A DNA stretch of 64,000 bases, taken from contig NC_042998.1 of the NCBI RefSeq assembly GCF_006345805.1, positions 159,092,001-159,156,000 of the forward strand. Reading direction: 5' to 3'. Made by a program: the position numbers and the translations under genes. This document shows, one piece after another, positions 42,720-57,105 of this stretch. Origin of the DNA: Octopus sinensis (taxonomy: Eukaryota). Position 1 is the stretch's first letter. The number at the start of each line of letters is the position of its first letter. The notes below the pieces were generated by a model. The model had not been told where the DNA came from, searched no databases, and saw only the letters and a program-made list of their open reading frames with translations.

Positions 42720-42895
42720 CAGAAGTGGCAGGAGGTCGGATATTGTACTCCACTCACCTTCATCGAAACAAGTGATTTTCGATCTCTTACTCCTAGTGCC
42801 TTCTCTAAGCTTTTGAGCGCCTCAATCTACCGCTTGCCGTTCACGTTGTAGCCAGATAATCAAGGAAATGAAATGACGCCCTGTGCCATTATGAA
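42720..42895 (-). mobile_element. Inverted, highly similar copy of part of the 40.8-kb mariner fragment
   Basis: Reverse complement of 42790-42895 matches ~40812-40910. Confidence 0.8.
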
Positions 42896-43849
42896 TAAGA
42901 AATTTGACCAGAGGGAATTTGTCTAGAAGGGATTTTATCAGAGGAAATTTGCCTAGAGGAGATTTGACTTGAGGGAATTTGATTTCCAAGTCAAACTCTT
43001 TGCTACGGAGATGGATGCAAGAAATTTTGTGGGCAAATTAGTCAAGGATCTCTATAAACAGCTCCCAATTTCTAGAAAAAGAGACCAGATTCATAAAGAA
43101 ATTAGCAGAAACAGCTCTAAGGAGTTCCAACTGGATCTTGTCAAGGAGGAATGAAAGCCAACTTCAGAAGGCATAACTTACCCAACCTGCAAATAGTATC
43201 TAATATAACATCCAAGCATACCTTGCTTCAGGGCACCTGGCCATCCAAGAATGCGCTGGTTAAAACACAACTGTAGAACAAAATGTGACTGCAGAAGGAT
43301 GTCTAGGTTATATGATCGTGATGCGGCCCAAATCCTTTAAAGTGTACGATGTTAACAGCTGAATTAACTGCATAATTATGTCTTTTAGCTAATGATCATC
43401 TGTTGCTTAGAGAGTTTCTTACTTACTTGTTTAATCTTTATTTTCTCAAATTTGGCTGTTATTTTCAAATCATACCTATACAAAATGGTTTACATTTTCA
43501 ATGCTTAACTGGCAGTAATTGTTGGGAATTGAATATATATATTAAATACTTATACTCACACTAACATAAGACCCATCTCCATCCTGATCATTTTAAATAA
43601 TGGCTTTGTTTTGTTTTTGGTACTATTTTGTTTTTTCTCTTTCTAAATTGTTGAAGCAACGATGCTATATTTTAATTTTTGTCGTCCTTATTTTTGTACT
43701 TGTATTTATTATTACTGTGTATGTGTGTGTGCGGTTTATTTATACTAAAATATACTCTCCTTCATTTTCTACAATGCTCTTCCATTTATTTGGTAGACTT
43801 GCAAGGTCCCACTTCCAAAATTTACTTGTCCACGACGAAAAATACTGCT

Positions 43850-44951
43850 TCAGTACTCTTCTGACCTCGTGTACAGAATTTTAATTCTTTTTCCGTCCAA
43901 ATGATTTTGAAGACTGCGGAATAAATGATAATCAGATAGAGCAATGTCTGGTGAATATGGTGGATGGTACATCGTTTCCCATTCGAACTGCTCCAACCTT
44001 TGGAATATCATTCTCGTTGTATGTAGCCGAGTATTATCCTGATGGAAGAACACCTTTCGTCTTGAAACCAAAGATGGTCGTTTTTTTCTAGCGCTAACTT
44101 AAGCCGTTCAAGTTGCTTGCAGTAAATCTCCTTTGTTATCATTTGGTTTGGATTTAAAAGTTCAAAGTAGATTAAACCTTTCATATGTCACTAAAGAGTA
44201 AACAACATCTTACGTGGGTGAAGCCCTTCTTTAGCCTGATGTGCCGGTCTTTCTCCTTTCCCTACCCACTGTCTTCGGTGCTTGACATTTCTATATAGAA
44301 CACATTTCTCCTCACCAGTCACTATTCGGTCAAAAAAAAGGCTACTTCGTGAGAAGTGACAGCAAAGAAGAGCACATGTGTACTCTCTGTATGCGATTAG
44401 ACTCGGAAAGTTTGTGAGGAGCCCATTGACCCAATTTGCTAACTTTTCCGATGACACGTAAGTGTCGATGAATGGTTGAATGACCAAATCCAAGCTTCTC
44501 TGCTAGTTCTTCAACAGTTACGGTGGGATTTTGTTCCACCAGGGTTTGCAGGACCTCCTCGTCGAGCTCTAGAGATCTTTCAGGATGAGGCTCATCTTCT
44601 AGTCTGTAGTTTCCGGCTCAGAATTTCTGGAACTACCGTCGACACGGGCTTACGCTCACTGTCCGATCCCCATATACTGCATTAATATTCCTCGCACTTT
44701 CCGTTGAGTTGCTGCCTTTATTGAACTCATAAAGCAAAATATGCCGAATATGCTCCTTTGTTACTTCCACTATAGCTCTGAAAAAACAACTGCTAAAATT
44801 GAACTGCACTCTTCAAAACTTGCATTAAGAATAAGTTCAAGGTAAAATTACTACCTACTTTTATAGCAAGTTGATGCAGGTAGTTTATCCCGTGCCCCTC
44901 CGACTTTTAGTTCATGTAATTGATAAAACTACATTATTTATGGGATGACCC

Positions 44952-44953
<2 letters not shown>
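43850..44953 (-). mobile_element. Decayed mariner element with one TIR
   Basis: HTH..GKVSKLGQWAPHKL, DRIVTGEEKCVLY, FHQDNTR..HPPYSPDIALSDYHLF; TIR-like TAGGGTCATCCCATAAATAATG at the 44953 end. Confidence 0.9.
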
Positions 44954-44988
<35 letters not shown>

Positions 44989-45343
44989 GAGGGAGATAGA
45001 GAGAGAGAGACTTTTGAAGTGTTGTACAGATTTTATGTATTACGAAAAAGTGGGTAGTCAGAATTTTGGATAATTATTTATTTAGCGCTTTCATCTCGTT
45101 TCAGAGATTCTTCAGGAATTATGTTTTTTGCAGAAAATATATGTCTCTCATATATATATGAGTTAGTTGAAACAATCTGGAGTTGAATTGGAAAGAATAA
45201 TGTGCGTGGATATATATGTACGTATGTATGTGTATGTAAGTATATGTAAGTTGATTTTTTGGAAGCATAGCTAGAGAGAGGAGAAAGTAAACAAAGAAAG
45301 GAAAGAAGAATGACGATCAGGAAGAAAGAGAGAGAAAGTGAGA

Positions 45344-45386
<43 letters not shown>

Positions 45387-45519
45387 GAAAATGATGGGGT
45401 GTCTGATGGTCGATATTGCATTGTATTGGTTGGTCACTTGTCATGCCATCCGTAGAAAGGGGTATTTTTCTGAGATGGTAGAAATATATGACAATTTCAG
45501 AGGTCAGTTTTCTTTTAGC

Positions 45520-46692
45520 CATTGGACAAAATAATGGAAACACCTAACATCATAGCATCATAATTTTGAGATATCTATAAAACCATCAAAGGCATTTTTT
45601 ATTTTTATGTTTTTTATTTATTATTAATGTTGCTTTATATATTTTGCTAAAATTGCATAAAAAGGTAATCAAAATTCATTAAAATAACAGATCTATAGGA
45701 CTTTCAAAGTGGTCAAATTGCTAGTGCTCGTATGGCAGGCGATAGCATGACGAAAACACCCGAAATGTTTGGTATATCAAGAAGTACTGTCTCGAAAGTA
45801 ATGACAGCCTTTGAGAAAGAGGGTAAACCCTCCTTGTCGAAACAAAACTCCGGAAGAAAACCAAGACTTTCAGATATGGACCGTCGGACTCTTACGCGAA
45901 TTGTTAGGAAGGATCAAAAAAGTACAGCTCCCAAAATAACTGCAGAGCTTAATGACCACCTCGAGAACCCAAATTCCATAAAAACTTTTCGCCGAGAGCT
46001 GCAATCAGAAAACTACTACTTTCAAAAACAAACGTTGCAAAGCGTTTAGAGTGGAGTAAAAACCTACATAATTGGTCCCTAGAGCAGTGGAAGAATGTTA
46101 TTTTCTCGGACAAGTCACCCCTGCCTTTTTTTTTGCGACCACCGGCCGAGTATACGTGTGGAGCATTTGACCCAGACTGCTTTCTTCTGGGGGACTATAT
46201 CTTGGAAATACGCCAGCCCAATGGTTTCCCTTCATGGCAGAATCAATAGTCATGACTATTTAAGCATTTTATCTGATCAAATTCATCCTATGGTTGCGGA
46301 ACTGTTTCCGGAGGGAAACGCAATCTTTCAGGATGATAATGCACCAATTCACACAGCTAAAGTTGTTACTGAATGGCACGAGGAACATTCTAGTGAAGTT
46401 GAACATCTTATCTAGCCACCGGTCCCCAGATCTCAATATTATTGAACATTTATGTTGCCTTTTAGAAAAACACATAAAGAGTCGATATCCTTCACCATCA
46501 TCACTACAAGAACTGGAGACTGTTTTAGCTGAATAATGGACAAAAATTCCTTTGGAAACAATTTAAACTTTGTACGAGTTTGAATTGTTATAGAATTCAA
46601 GCTGTAATTACTGCCAAAGGCGATACTACCTGATATTAAAATAAATTTGTTTGAAATTTTAAGGTATTTCCCTTATTTTGTTCAATCCCTGT
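45520..46692 (+). mobile_element. Decayed near-full-length Tc1-like transposon with TIRs
   Basis: GISRSTVSK..SGRKPRLS (45732-46049), FWGTISW..FQDDNAPIHTAK, SPDLNIIEHL; left ttggacaaaataatggaaacacct vs right reverse complement tacagggattgaacaaaataagggaaatacct. Confidence 0.92.
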
Positions 46693-46914
46693 ATATTTGT
46701 GTTAGTTGTCATGATATCCAGCTTTAGAAAATAGACTCTATCAAAACTGTTTTGCGTATGTATGTGAGAGAGTATTTGTGTGTTGGTTGCTTAAATGAAT
46801 TTTTCCAGTCATCTTAGTAACAATAATGAGAATATTTTAATAAGGATTTCTCATGTATTCATATATATTTTTTGTTCCTTTTTATGCGTTTAGTTTATTA
46901 TTTTATTCTTTTAC

Positions 46915-47289
46915 TAGTTTCAGTTAATAGATTGCAGCCATGCTGGAACACCGCCTTGAGAGGTTTCATTCGCATGAAACGACTCCAGTAGTTATTTTTT
47001 AAGTCCAGTTACTTATGCTATTGGTCTCATTTGCAGAACCGTTAAGTTGCGGGATGTAAGCACACCAACATCGGTCGTCAAGTGGTGATAGGTGTTGGAG
47101 TCAAACATAGACACAAAATCACACACACATAGATATATACATATATATACTTCTACCAAATTCACTCACGAGGTTCTGGTTGGCCCAAGGCTATAGTAAA
47201 AGACACTTGCCCAAGATGTCATGCAGTGGAACTGAACCCGAAACCTTGTGGTTGGGAAGCAAGCTCCTTACACACAACCACATCAGCGC
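46915..47289 (-). mobile_element. tRNA-derived SINE (family 1)
   Basis: Reverse-complement homology to 63815-63970 (head) and to the family tail. Confidence 0.82.
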
Positions 47290-47299
47290 ATAGGTAAGA

Positions 47300-48330
47300 A
47301 TTTTTTTGATAAAATATAGTTCCGTAGCTTTCCGGTACTTGGGTCATCCTTTATGCATTTGTAGAAGGGAAATATCTTGAATCTGTTGTTTCCACATATT
47401 TCCAGATGCTTACTCAGCGAAACCTTGCGTAGTTCTTTTTGTTTGGTCTATTGTCTATGGATTCTAGTACGACGGCAAAGGAATTGTTGGTTTCACATAT
47501 ATAATTTTCTTTGCAATTGATCCTGGTTATATAAGATTCTGTGTTTTGTAGTTCATATCTGCTTTTACTTGGAAGAAGAATCCACTTTAAAATTTTATAT
47601 GAGAACTAGTGTTCAAATGTTTGAAGTTGTTACATTTCCACATCTATTATCTCCACAATCTTTCACGGAGAATTCTGAATTATCCTCTCATGTGAATTTT
47701 GCCTCGTGATATATTTTCTAAGAGTTTATGGCTGATATTTACTGTTTCAAGCAGATTTTTCATTTGGGGCATTGTAAAATTATTGGTAGGTTTGTTTTTA
47801 TAGTGTAGAAAGCGTTGGTCAGTCCTGAATTATGTGTATTTCTTAGGTGTCCTCAATTGTATGATGTCCAGTTTCATCACATGTTAATTTCATCATATGT
47901 TAATTTTAAGGGGTTATTTCTGTTGTTTTTTCTTTTTTTTTTCTTTTAGGAAGTCATTGAGTTCATTGAATCGAATTTGACATATTTTCAGTTCGACTAC
48001 CATTGCACAGACATGTCTTGCCATACTTTATGGAATGTTCCTTTTGATGTGTGAAGGATGGCAAGACTACAAGTTCAATTACTGATGTGCGTCTGATTTT
48101 TGTAATATGTATCCGTTGTCATAGTAGAGTCGCGTATTTTTCGTGAATGTCCAGAAAGGATAAGTCACCGTAACTGGTTTTTGTCGTGAATTTGATAGAT
48201 GGGTGAAGGTGTCCAAAATGTGATTGAATATTTGTAGACCATCCATATAATATATATAGATGGACAGATGGATGGATAAATTTGCTGCAATACATAATCC
48301 TCTTTAAACGTTTGAAAAATACGGAGGCTT
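47300..48330 (-). mobile_element. Decayed Penelope-like element (RT end and GIY-YIG)
   Basis: HLHPSIKFTT..LSFLDI (48119-48403); CKENYICET, RIHRQ and FKIFPFYKC remnants at ~47350-47530. Confidence 0.8.
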
Positions 48331-48404
48331 TTGTAAGATATGTAATACTATATACGTGTGTGTGTGTGCGTTTTGTTCTTGTTCTTAATGTTCTTAATAT
48401 CAAT

Positions 48405-48447
<43 letters not shown>

Positions 48448-48510
48448 CACACGCACACACAGACTTATATGCATACATACCTACATATATACATACATAC
48501 ATGCATGCAT

Positions 48511-49238
48511 TCAACCTTCGAATATTGTATAGTATCCTGATAAACAGCAACAGCAATCCCAGAGTGAGAGATTGCAAAATACTTAACAAGTAAAAGAGAC
48601 AGTGAAACCGTTGGAACCCCGAGATGCAACTGAAGCTGTCGATTATCTCATATTTCTGTGGAGTACATGACAAATGATATCAGCAGCTGCCCAAAAATAT
48701 CATCTAGTTACTACCTCCCATTGCAGTGTGATATAGTTGCTAAAACCATGAAGAATTCTATTCGAAAGAAAGGACTGATTTGAAGTTGACTACATACATA
48801 TCAAGACATGGAGTATTGGTAGAACATTACCATCAACACGTCTATGAAGTGCAAACATCGTTTTGGAACAGTTAAGAAAAAGTGTGCCGCCATAGTAGTT
48901 AGATGCCTGCTGATGTAAATATCTCTTCTCAAAAGAGAAAAGGGATATCTACGGACAACTGCTTCGAAACATTTAGCTTCTATACCCACATTATCAATTC
49001 ACATTTTTAGCCGTAAATGCTTAAGTGGCAATCTGGAGAAGGTAAGAAGTTTAAAAAAGGAAACGGACCTGCTAGCATGCGCATTACAAATACAATCCAT
49101 AAACGGAGCAGTGAAAATATGCATGGCATTTCTGAAGTTTAAATTGTGACATTGTATTTGTTATCGACATTCTAACGACGAAGCTTTGTATCTTTGTTAG
49201 AAACCAGCTCTTTCCTTACAGGAAGACTTCAAAGAGAA
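48511..49238 (+). mobile_element. 5'-truncated copy of the (CATA)n-embedded RLE family
   Basis: Homologous to 29860-30521 (ISSCPK.SS.YYLP..DIVAKT; ADVNIS; VKICMAFLKFKL*); CATA-type repeats on both sides. Confidence 0.85.
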
Positions 49239-51618
49239 CATACATATGCATATACATATATACATACGTACATATGTATATATATATGTGTGTGTGTGTG
49301 TGTGTATGCGTATATTAATGTAAATATAATTGAAATAAGAATAAATACATTGTGGTAGAGTCATAAAAGTCATTTAAAACACAAATGCTGTTATTTTCAG
49401 TTTTGTTTATTTTATATTTACCATTCATAAAGTGTACCACAAATTTTGTCGAACATCTTTGAACTGGTCATCGACATAGAACATCAATCGAATGAAGATA
49501 TTTGATATATTTTGTCAGTGACCAGCTATTTTCTGAATAATTCATTTTATACATATATCCAATTACAACTACTCCTGGAGAGATTTGTGTACGCTAACCT
49601 GTATGTATCTATGTGTGCACGCGCGCCTGTGTGTCTGTGTTTCTGGCAAATTATCCTAAAGTCTCAGCTAAACTTACTGAATATTATTCAACTTGTATTT
49701 ATGTATTATGCATTTTCTGTCTTACCTTTTATTTTCTGCGAGTGGAGTGTGCCTAATTTTCTTTAATGATTCAACCGGTGGAGTTATCCTGCAGTAGTTA
49801 GATAGGTTCCGTTATGTTCTAAGTTCAAATTAGGCTCAAGTCGACTTTATCTTTCTTCACAAACCGGATCGTAAAACAAGCACTGGAGTCGATGAAATCA
49901 AAAACATCTCTGACCCCAAATCTGTGGCAATGAAACAGTGTTTCTCGGAGATGAGAGCTGAGATGGTGAGGAGAAAGAAGGGGAAAGTTTTCATGACCTT
50001 GATCTTTGCACGCTGTTCAAAATTACTTTTGAATTTCTCTTTCATATTTATATTCATGTTTATTTTCAGAATATTAGTAATGATTAGTCGTCTATATCTA
50101 CAAAAGCGAGTGTACGTGGTTATGTATGCGTTTAGGCTCGAAAGGCTCTGAAACGATGTGTTCTCGAGAAAAACTAATTTGATTTTCGAAATTTGCATCC
50201 CAAAGAGGTCATCCGTAAATAATAAAAATACATAATTTTCTGCGAGAAATAACTTTTAGACCGACAGCTCTCCCACTCTCTTTATATTGCCATCAATCTC
50301 TCTTTTTCTATCTAAGTTATCACACTTTTTATCTCTCTTTCCTTCTCTCTCTCTCTCTCTTTCTGTCTGTATATATGTATTATCTCTCACGCATTGCTTT
50401 CATTTTGTTTAAAGCTTCGTCTTCTAATGTTTACTTTCATTTTATCACAGCTATTACGCACAAATCCTGTTTTCTGATTGGATTAAAATGATCAAACTCC
50501 AAACCCCTGTAACATTCTCCTAAAATGTTTCTTCAATAAATGAATCACTAACTCGGATGGATTCAGCGTGAAAAAGTACATCAATATGCCAAATTTGAAA
50601 ATTTTCACTTGATTTTAAAATTTCAAAATCTATGACAGTGACAGAAAGCATCTCTCAATCTATCTCACTTTTCGCTTTTTTCATAGTAAACTCCCCCTCT
50701 CTATATACATTTATCCCACTCTCTCACTCACTCTATATAAAAATATATAACTCACCATGAGAGTGTGTATGCAAATGTGTAATGAATTTCATTATGGAGG
50801 CAGTGTGATTTAAAAAAAAAAATGGTATGTAAAAGGTGATTTATACTAATAGCGTAATTTTGAATTAGTAAATGTGCTTTTTTTACGCACGCACACAGGC
50901 ACACACACATACACACACACACACACACATACACACACACGGATTCCCTTGATGCAGGATGGGGGATTAAAAACTTTAATTGCAAATTTGTTGTTGTTGT
51001 TGTTACTTAAATCCTAGCAGTAGACAGCCGCATCATCAATCATGTGTTGATGAGGAAAATATATTTAAAAACATCAATACACGCGGCAAAGAAACGAGAA
51101 AGGTATCAGGCGGTTGTAGGTTGTGCTGGAAACATCAGCTAAATCTTCCTTAAATCACACACCTTTTCGTTTGAAAATTATTTTGATATCATGAACAGTA
51201 ACAAATTAAAGATTCGGACAGTCCGTATTTTAAAACTATGACGAAAATAATTTCGCAAACAAAGCTGAAATTTTAGAATTAATGGAGGCGGTGTGTTTAA
51301 TGAAATTTTTTTTTTTTAATTTCAGTATTGTTTTTAAATTACTTTCCATTGAACTGTATAGTGCAAGAAAAAAATGGACAAAATCCGTCCTGAAGTGAGG
51401 AGGATGAATTTATAAATTTTCAAAATTGCTTTCATAAAAAAGCTTCCCCCATCATTTGCAAGTGTGTGTTGAAAAATGTTTGAAAAAATCCCGTGAAAAA
51501 GGAGAAAATCTAATTTATGTGGATGTGCTATCCAGAAAGTTTGGCAAATTACCTTGCAACGATGAGTTACCTAGTGTATATACGCATACATACATACATA
51601 CATACATACATACATACA

Positions 51619-51654
<36 letters not shown>

Positions 51655-51864
51655 TACATATACATATATATATATATACATATATATATATGTGTGTGTG
51701 TGTGTGTGTATGCACATCTTTTTGACTTCCAGAACAATCTCTTGGATCAGCTGGTCTTGTTCGTTAATTCTTTAAAAATTTTTTATTTATTTACTTGTTT
51801 TAAAAGGAAACAGAGGAGGAAGTGAAAGATGTATGTACTTGTATATAAAATGGAGGTGCGTGTT

Positions 51865-51921
<57 letters not shown>

Positions 51922-52233
51922 AATGAGAAAGAGAGAGAGTGAATGTAACTTATACATGCAAAAAATACATGCATAAGAATATACACCTTCACCACTCACT
52001 CCCTTACTCTTTCTCTCTCTGTCTCACACACACACAAGCACACACAAACACACGCAGACATACACGCAGACACACACGCACATACACACACACATACATA
52101 CAATAAAGATGTATGCATATGCATTTATGTGTTTTCTCCTCTCTTTCACTTTAAAACAAAAGTAAGTAAATAACATTTCTTACGGAAATTAACGAATAAC
52201 AATAACATTTCCGCAAGTCAAAACGAAAGATGG

Positions 52234-52280
<47 letters not shown>

Positions 52281-52459
52281 TAGAGATAAAACCACTATTA
52301 GGCAAATCAAACATAAGCCAATACATAAAATTATTTGTATATTATTAGGTTTTATCTCTAATTTAATATAATATAATATAACATATTTATACTATAAAAT
52401 TGGATTTAATCTTAAATCTAATTTTTCCCTGTAAGTTTAGATTTATTCCCTAATATTAT

Positions 52460-52460
<1 letters not shown>
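52281..52460 (+). repeat. Second member of the hairpin repeat family, right arm collapsed to 13 bp
   Basis: tagagataaaacc (52281-52293) / ggttttatctcta (52348-52360) plus shared tail; (TA)n on both sides. Confidence 0.85.
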
Positions 52461-52513
<53 letters not shown>

Positions 52514-52517
52514 TATA

Positions 52518-52593
<76 letters not shown>

Positions 52594-52699
52594 GTGTAGG
52601 TATATATTAGTATATACATATGTTTATATATGTATGAATGTATATATAGACACATGTGTGTGTATGTGTTAGATATGTTTCGTCCAATGATTGATACAG

Positions 52700-53250
52700 G
52701 CCACGTCTAACCTGATAGGGACTGTTAAGTCATTTTCAAGTCAAGTTTTTTTGTATTATGGCCCATTCATGTAGGGAGTCGTTTTCGACTGAACTGTATC
52801 TAGTTACAAGTGACTTAACTGGTATTTCGTGTCCAGTTTTCGTTTGAAGATGATGGGACCTTTTTTCTTCATTCATTTGTTTTGGGATCATGTGAAATAG
52901 AATAGGACCTGTTGAGGGTAAAGAAATTGTGCTGCAGTGAATTTATGTGCTGTGGGTCTGAATTGTGTAGGGGTGTATGGAACCTGGCCCCAGCCTTAAA
53001 TGAATTCTAAATCTAATGTTAAGGTAGTTTGGGTAATGTTAGTGATATATTTTCAACATTGTGCAAATGATGTAGCGCTCACAGCGGAGCTGGAGAGAAT
53101 AAAGATTCAATGTTTTAAGGTGGTCTCAATAATGAAGATCAGTCATGCCCTTAATTTTTATAGGAATGCTCTCTGTGGGTGATTCTCCTCTAGTAATGTT
53201 TTGTTTGGTGTGGGAAAATCACAGGGAGCAGCAGTATACTAGGAGTTACC
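52700..53250 (-). mobile_element. Decayed CR1/L2-group LINE 3' fragment
   Basis: Minus-strand remnants LKTLNLYSLQLRCERYII, GPILF..IPK, FKRKLD and NDSLHEWA. Confidence 0.65.
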
Positions 53251-53357
53251 ATACAAAGCGAGCGCGTGTGTCTGTGTGTGTATGGGTGTGCGTGTGTGCG
53301 TATGTGTGTGCTTGTGTGTGTGCATGTGTCTGTGCGCGTGCGTGTGTGGAAGCTAAC

Positions 53358-53465
53358 TGGTTAGGTGTGTTGCACTACTAATCGTGAGATAAGGGTTTCG
53401 ATTCCAGACCGGCTGCGAGTTGTGTTCGTGATCAAAACACTTCATTTCACATTGCTCCAGCCCAC
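53358..53465 (+). mobile_element. tRNA-derived SINE head
   Basis: ggttaggtgtgttgcactac...gggtttcgattccagaccgg (B box). Confidence 0.65.
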
Positions 53466-55059
53466 TCGTTCGACACTAACAACGTTATTTCGTTCGGCAT
53501 TGACAATGTTGCCAATCAGCACGCTAATTAGTCAGTATACTTACTTAAACTTGTATATTAGCTAAACACCTTATATTTCAGTGTATCCAATCAAATGGAA
53601 ACAACCAGTTTAGTCAGAAAACCAAATAATAACGAAATAAACAATTTGCTATTAATCTCGCCAACTAATTAACAAACTACTTATCTAGTCGATCAACCAA
53701 TTGGTTAACCAGACGTAATAACGGTTCGTTCTACTTTGATGTCATTAACAAGTAATTTGCTCTCCAATTTCATATGAAAAATTTACACACTTTTCTTCTT
53801 ACAAGTGTTAAAAATATAGCAAACTTGAAACAAGTAAACCGCACTGCCAAGAATAACTAAGAAAGCACAATTGATAACACAAAGCTCTGAACAGCAGGCG
53901 CACATGGCACATTGAATTTATTAGTCCATTATAAGTTCAGCACGGTTGGCCACTATACAATTTTTGGGCCTACCATCTTTGCTGTACGTCAGATTGTCTG
54001 AATATCATAAAATAATTTGGCGTTTCTGATGATCGACTGCTGTTCTACAGAGAACAGCTGCTTCACACTCGTTGTGATGATCGTATGCACTGTGTGAGCC
54101 TCACATTTCAACAACTACTTTTTTCTTTTATTTTGCAATACGCTCCATTGTATTGCTTACTGCATTCTTGAAAAGTTGCAAATATATGACTTCGTTAACT
54201 TTTTAGCAGAATAACACAAAAGCAGCGCTGCTACAAGTCTTCTTGTCAGTTAATATGGCGATTACAAGGGGCTTACATTTCAGCGCCGTACTTATGACAG
54301 TATCACGATTGCCAGCTAGTTTGATGCACAAGGTAAATCAACAGTCCAAGGGTAAGTAAGTGTTTTTGGAGGTGGACCGGATCGGAAATGGTTACATATC
54401 ATTGGTATAGGTTGGAAGTGAATAGCTTCGTAGGTCTAACTGTAATGCAAACATGAGAACATATACGTTCAAGACCTGCGAGTTTGTATCCTGCAGGACA
54501 AGTTGAAACGATTAGTTGTGTATGTTAATCGCTGCCATATCAAACCAATAAACAAACCAATTGTATTAACGCACTCAAAAATGCATACTATGCGCAACAT
54601 ATTCAAATTCTTTAACTTTAGCTTTAGTGAATATTGAAAAGGAAACTCGGAGTAAAGTCGGAATAATTTAATTTTTCTTTTTGTAATCATATATTTGTAT
54701 AAGCACGAGCGCGCGCATACACACACGCACACAAACACACACACACATACACACAGATGGACACACACATACACAGACATACACACACCCATTGCAATGC
54801 CCACGCGCAAGTCAATATTAATGTACTAGATGGCACGCCATACTTTCTTTTTAAGACTAGATATGGTAGCAATTAAAATGTACGATTAATCGCTTTTACA
54901 TGTAATCCGAATAGCATACAAATCGGTTAACTAGAAGACTTTCTTCTGAAATTGTATGTTATCATGTCTGTATAGCAAAACCACATTTTAAATGTTCTTA
55001 ATCACATCGAAAATTTTAATATTGCACACTATATGTAATAACGTCTGTAATATGTCGTA

Positions 55060-55450
55060 AGATCGGGTTATGGGTATCGGTAAAGAATTTTTGAACATTT
55101 CTTTATTGGGTCATCGTATTTCTGTAAGTCACGGCGATATAGTACGTATGTATGCTTCTTTCCTCTATACTCTCTGTAAAAGGATTCTGCAATCCTTTTA
55201 CTCCAGGATGTTATTCCCATGTAGGTTATTGTGACATCCCTACATTGCTCTCCATGCCTCACATATACGTAATGACACTAGTTTTGCAGCATATTTTGGG
55301 GTTTGGTACGCATGCTTTGCAGTTGTAGTTAGTGAGTTAGTGCTAAGTATTTTCTTGAATGTGCATCACTTACATGGTAGTGACTTGACAGATCTGTTTA
55401 TTTTTTCTACTACTTTGTTTTTAAGTTTTAGGTACAGAGACAAATATCAA
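55060..55450 (-). mobile_element. Possible Penelope GIY-YIG remnant
   Basis: ITYMGIT..WSKR..SF resembles the YIG half-motif; very decayed. Confidence 0.35.
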
Positions 55451-55874
55451 CTGCTTTTGAAATGGAAGCAACGAGTGCGTATGTTTATAGGCTCTATTGG
55501 TTATGACTTTCCGAAATCAAATAATATTGGTTTTCAACAAAAGGTTTCAGATAAAAATTCTTGCAAAGCATCTTCAAAATCGAAAGATCATACGTTTATA
55601 TATATGTTGTGTGTCCGTGTGTCTGTGTATCAGTGTGTGTGTGTGTGAGTGTGTGCATGTGTCTGTGTGCATTTGTGTGTGCATGTGTGTATGTGTGTGT
55701 GTGCGTGCGTGTGCGTAGAGGTGGGGGTGAGATTGTGACCGTATAAAATTAATGGTATTTTAAGCTTCAACTTCAGAATATATGAACCAAATATAAGTTG
55801 GGGTTGCCTGCGTTATAAAGCAACTATATGACAAAATTATCAGTTTAAAAAAATATTATTTTATATGAAATGAT

Positions 55875-55909
<35 letters not shown>

Positions 55910-55929
55910 CACACGCATACACACACACA

Positions 55930-56027
<98 letters not shown>

Positions 56028-56745
56028 CAACCATGTATTTATAAAACACACTCACGGAAAAGAAATAGTGACGTGTCTTCGAAGCTTCGTTGAATATATT
56101 AAACATTTTTGATGTTGATAAGAATTATAAAGTAAATGAAATACTACAGAAGTCAAAGAAGGTTATACGGAGCAAACCAACAAAAAAATAATGAATAAAA
56201 GAGAAAGGAAGGAAAGGAGATAATAGTTTAAAATTGTGTTCTAAATGGTAAAAAAGAAAAAATGAAAAGAGCGTATAATTAGGTATGACTGTATACGTTA
56301 ATGTATATGCATACTTACATACAAAATATACACACACATATTTGTCAAGCTATTTGAGAGTGTGTAAACATTAAAACATTGCAACTGTATATAAAGACAT
56401 TAGCTCAAGCAAGCATACAGTGATACCGATATATAGGTATAACACAAATACAAGTATATAGACATAAACTAATAAAACACACACACTGATTCATATTTTG
56501 GTAGTAAACTGTTTCGTACCTTGCAGTAAAATACACGCACGCATATAAAAGCATGTGTGTGTGCGCGCGCATGCTTTGTCCATGTGTATAGGTTTGTATT
56601 TATGTATGTATATGTGTCCGATTACACATACATACATACAAACGTATTTTTCAAAGGAAGTTAAAATGGCTAAACTATAGTTTTATAATCTCCGCTGTGA
56701 AACTCTAAATAGTTGCAAATACACTTTTCTGTTATCATACATACA

Positions 56746-56777
<32 letters not shown>

Positions 56778-56974
56778 CACACACACACACGCAAACGTGC
56801 ACACGGACACACACACATATTCACACGCGCGCACACACACACAGTTATCACAACCCGCATACACACTCACGCACTCTGGATGTACTTTGCACGTCCACGC
56901 GTTTTTCTTTTTGTGCTATATATATATGCATACAAGCATACATGCAAACATATACATATACATTCATATATATA

Positions 56975-57010
<36 letters not shown>

Positions 57011-57105
57011 TGTATTTTTAATTATATAAACACACACACACACATATATACATATACATGTATGTATATATGAATTCACACACACACATACATATACATA
57101 TATAT

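Noticed and set aside
50085-50640. Helitron-like or DNA transposon ends
   Set aside because: Suggestive tctatatctacaaaag start, but no matching terminus or coding remnant to support a call
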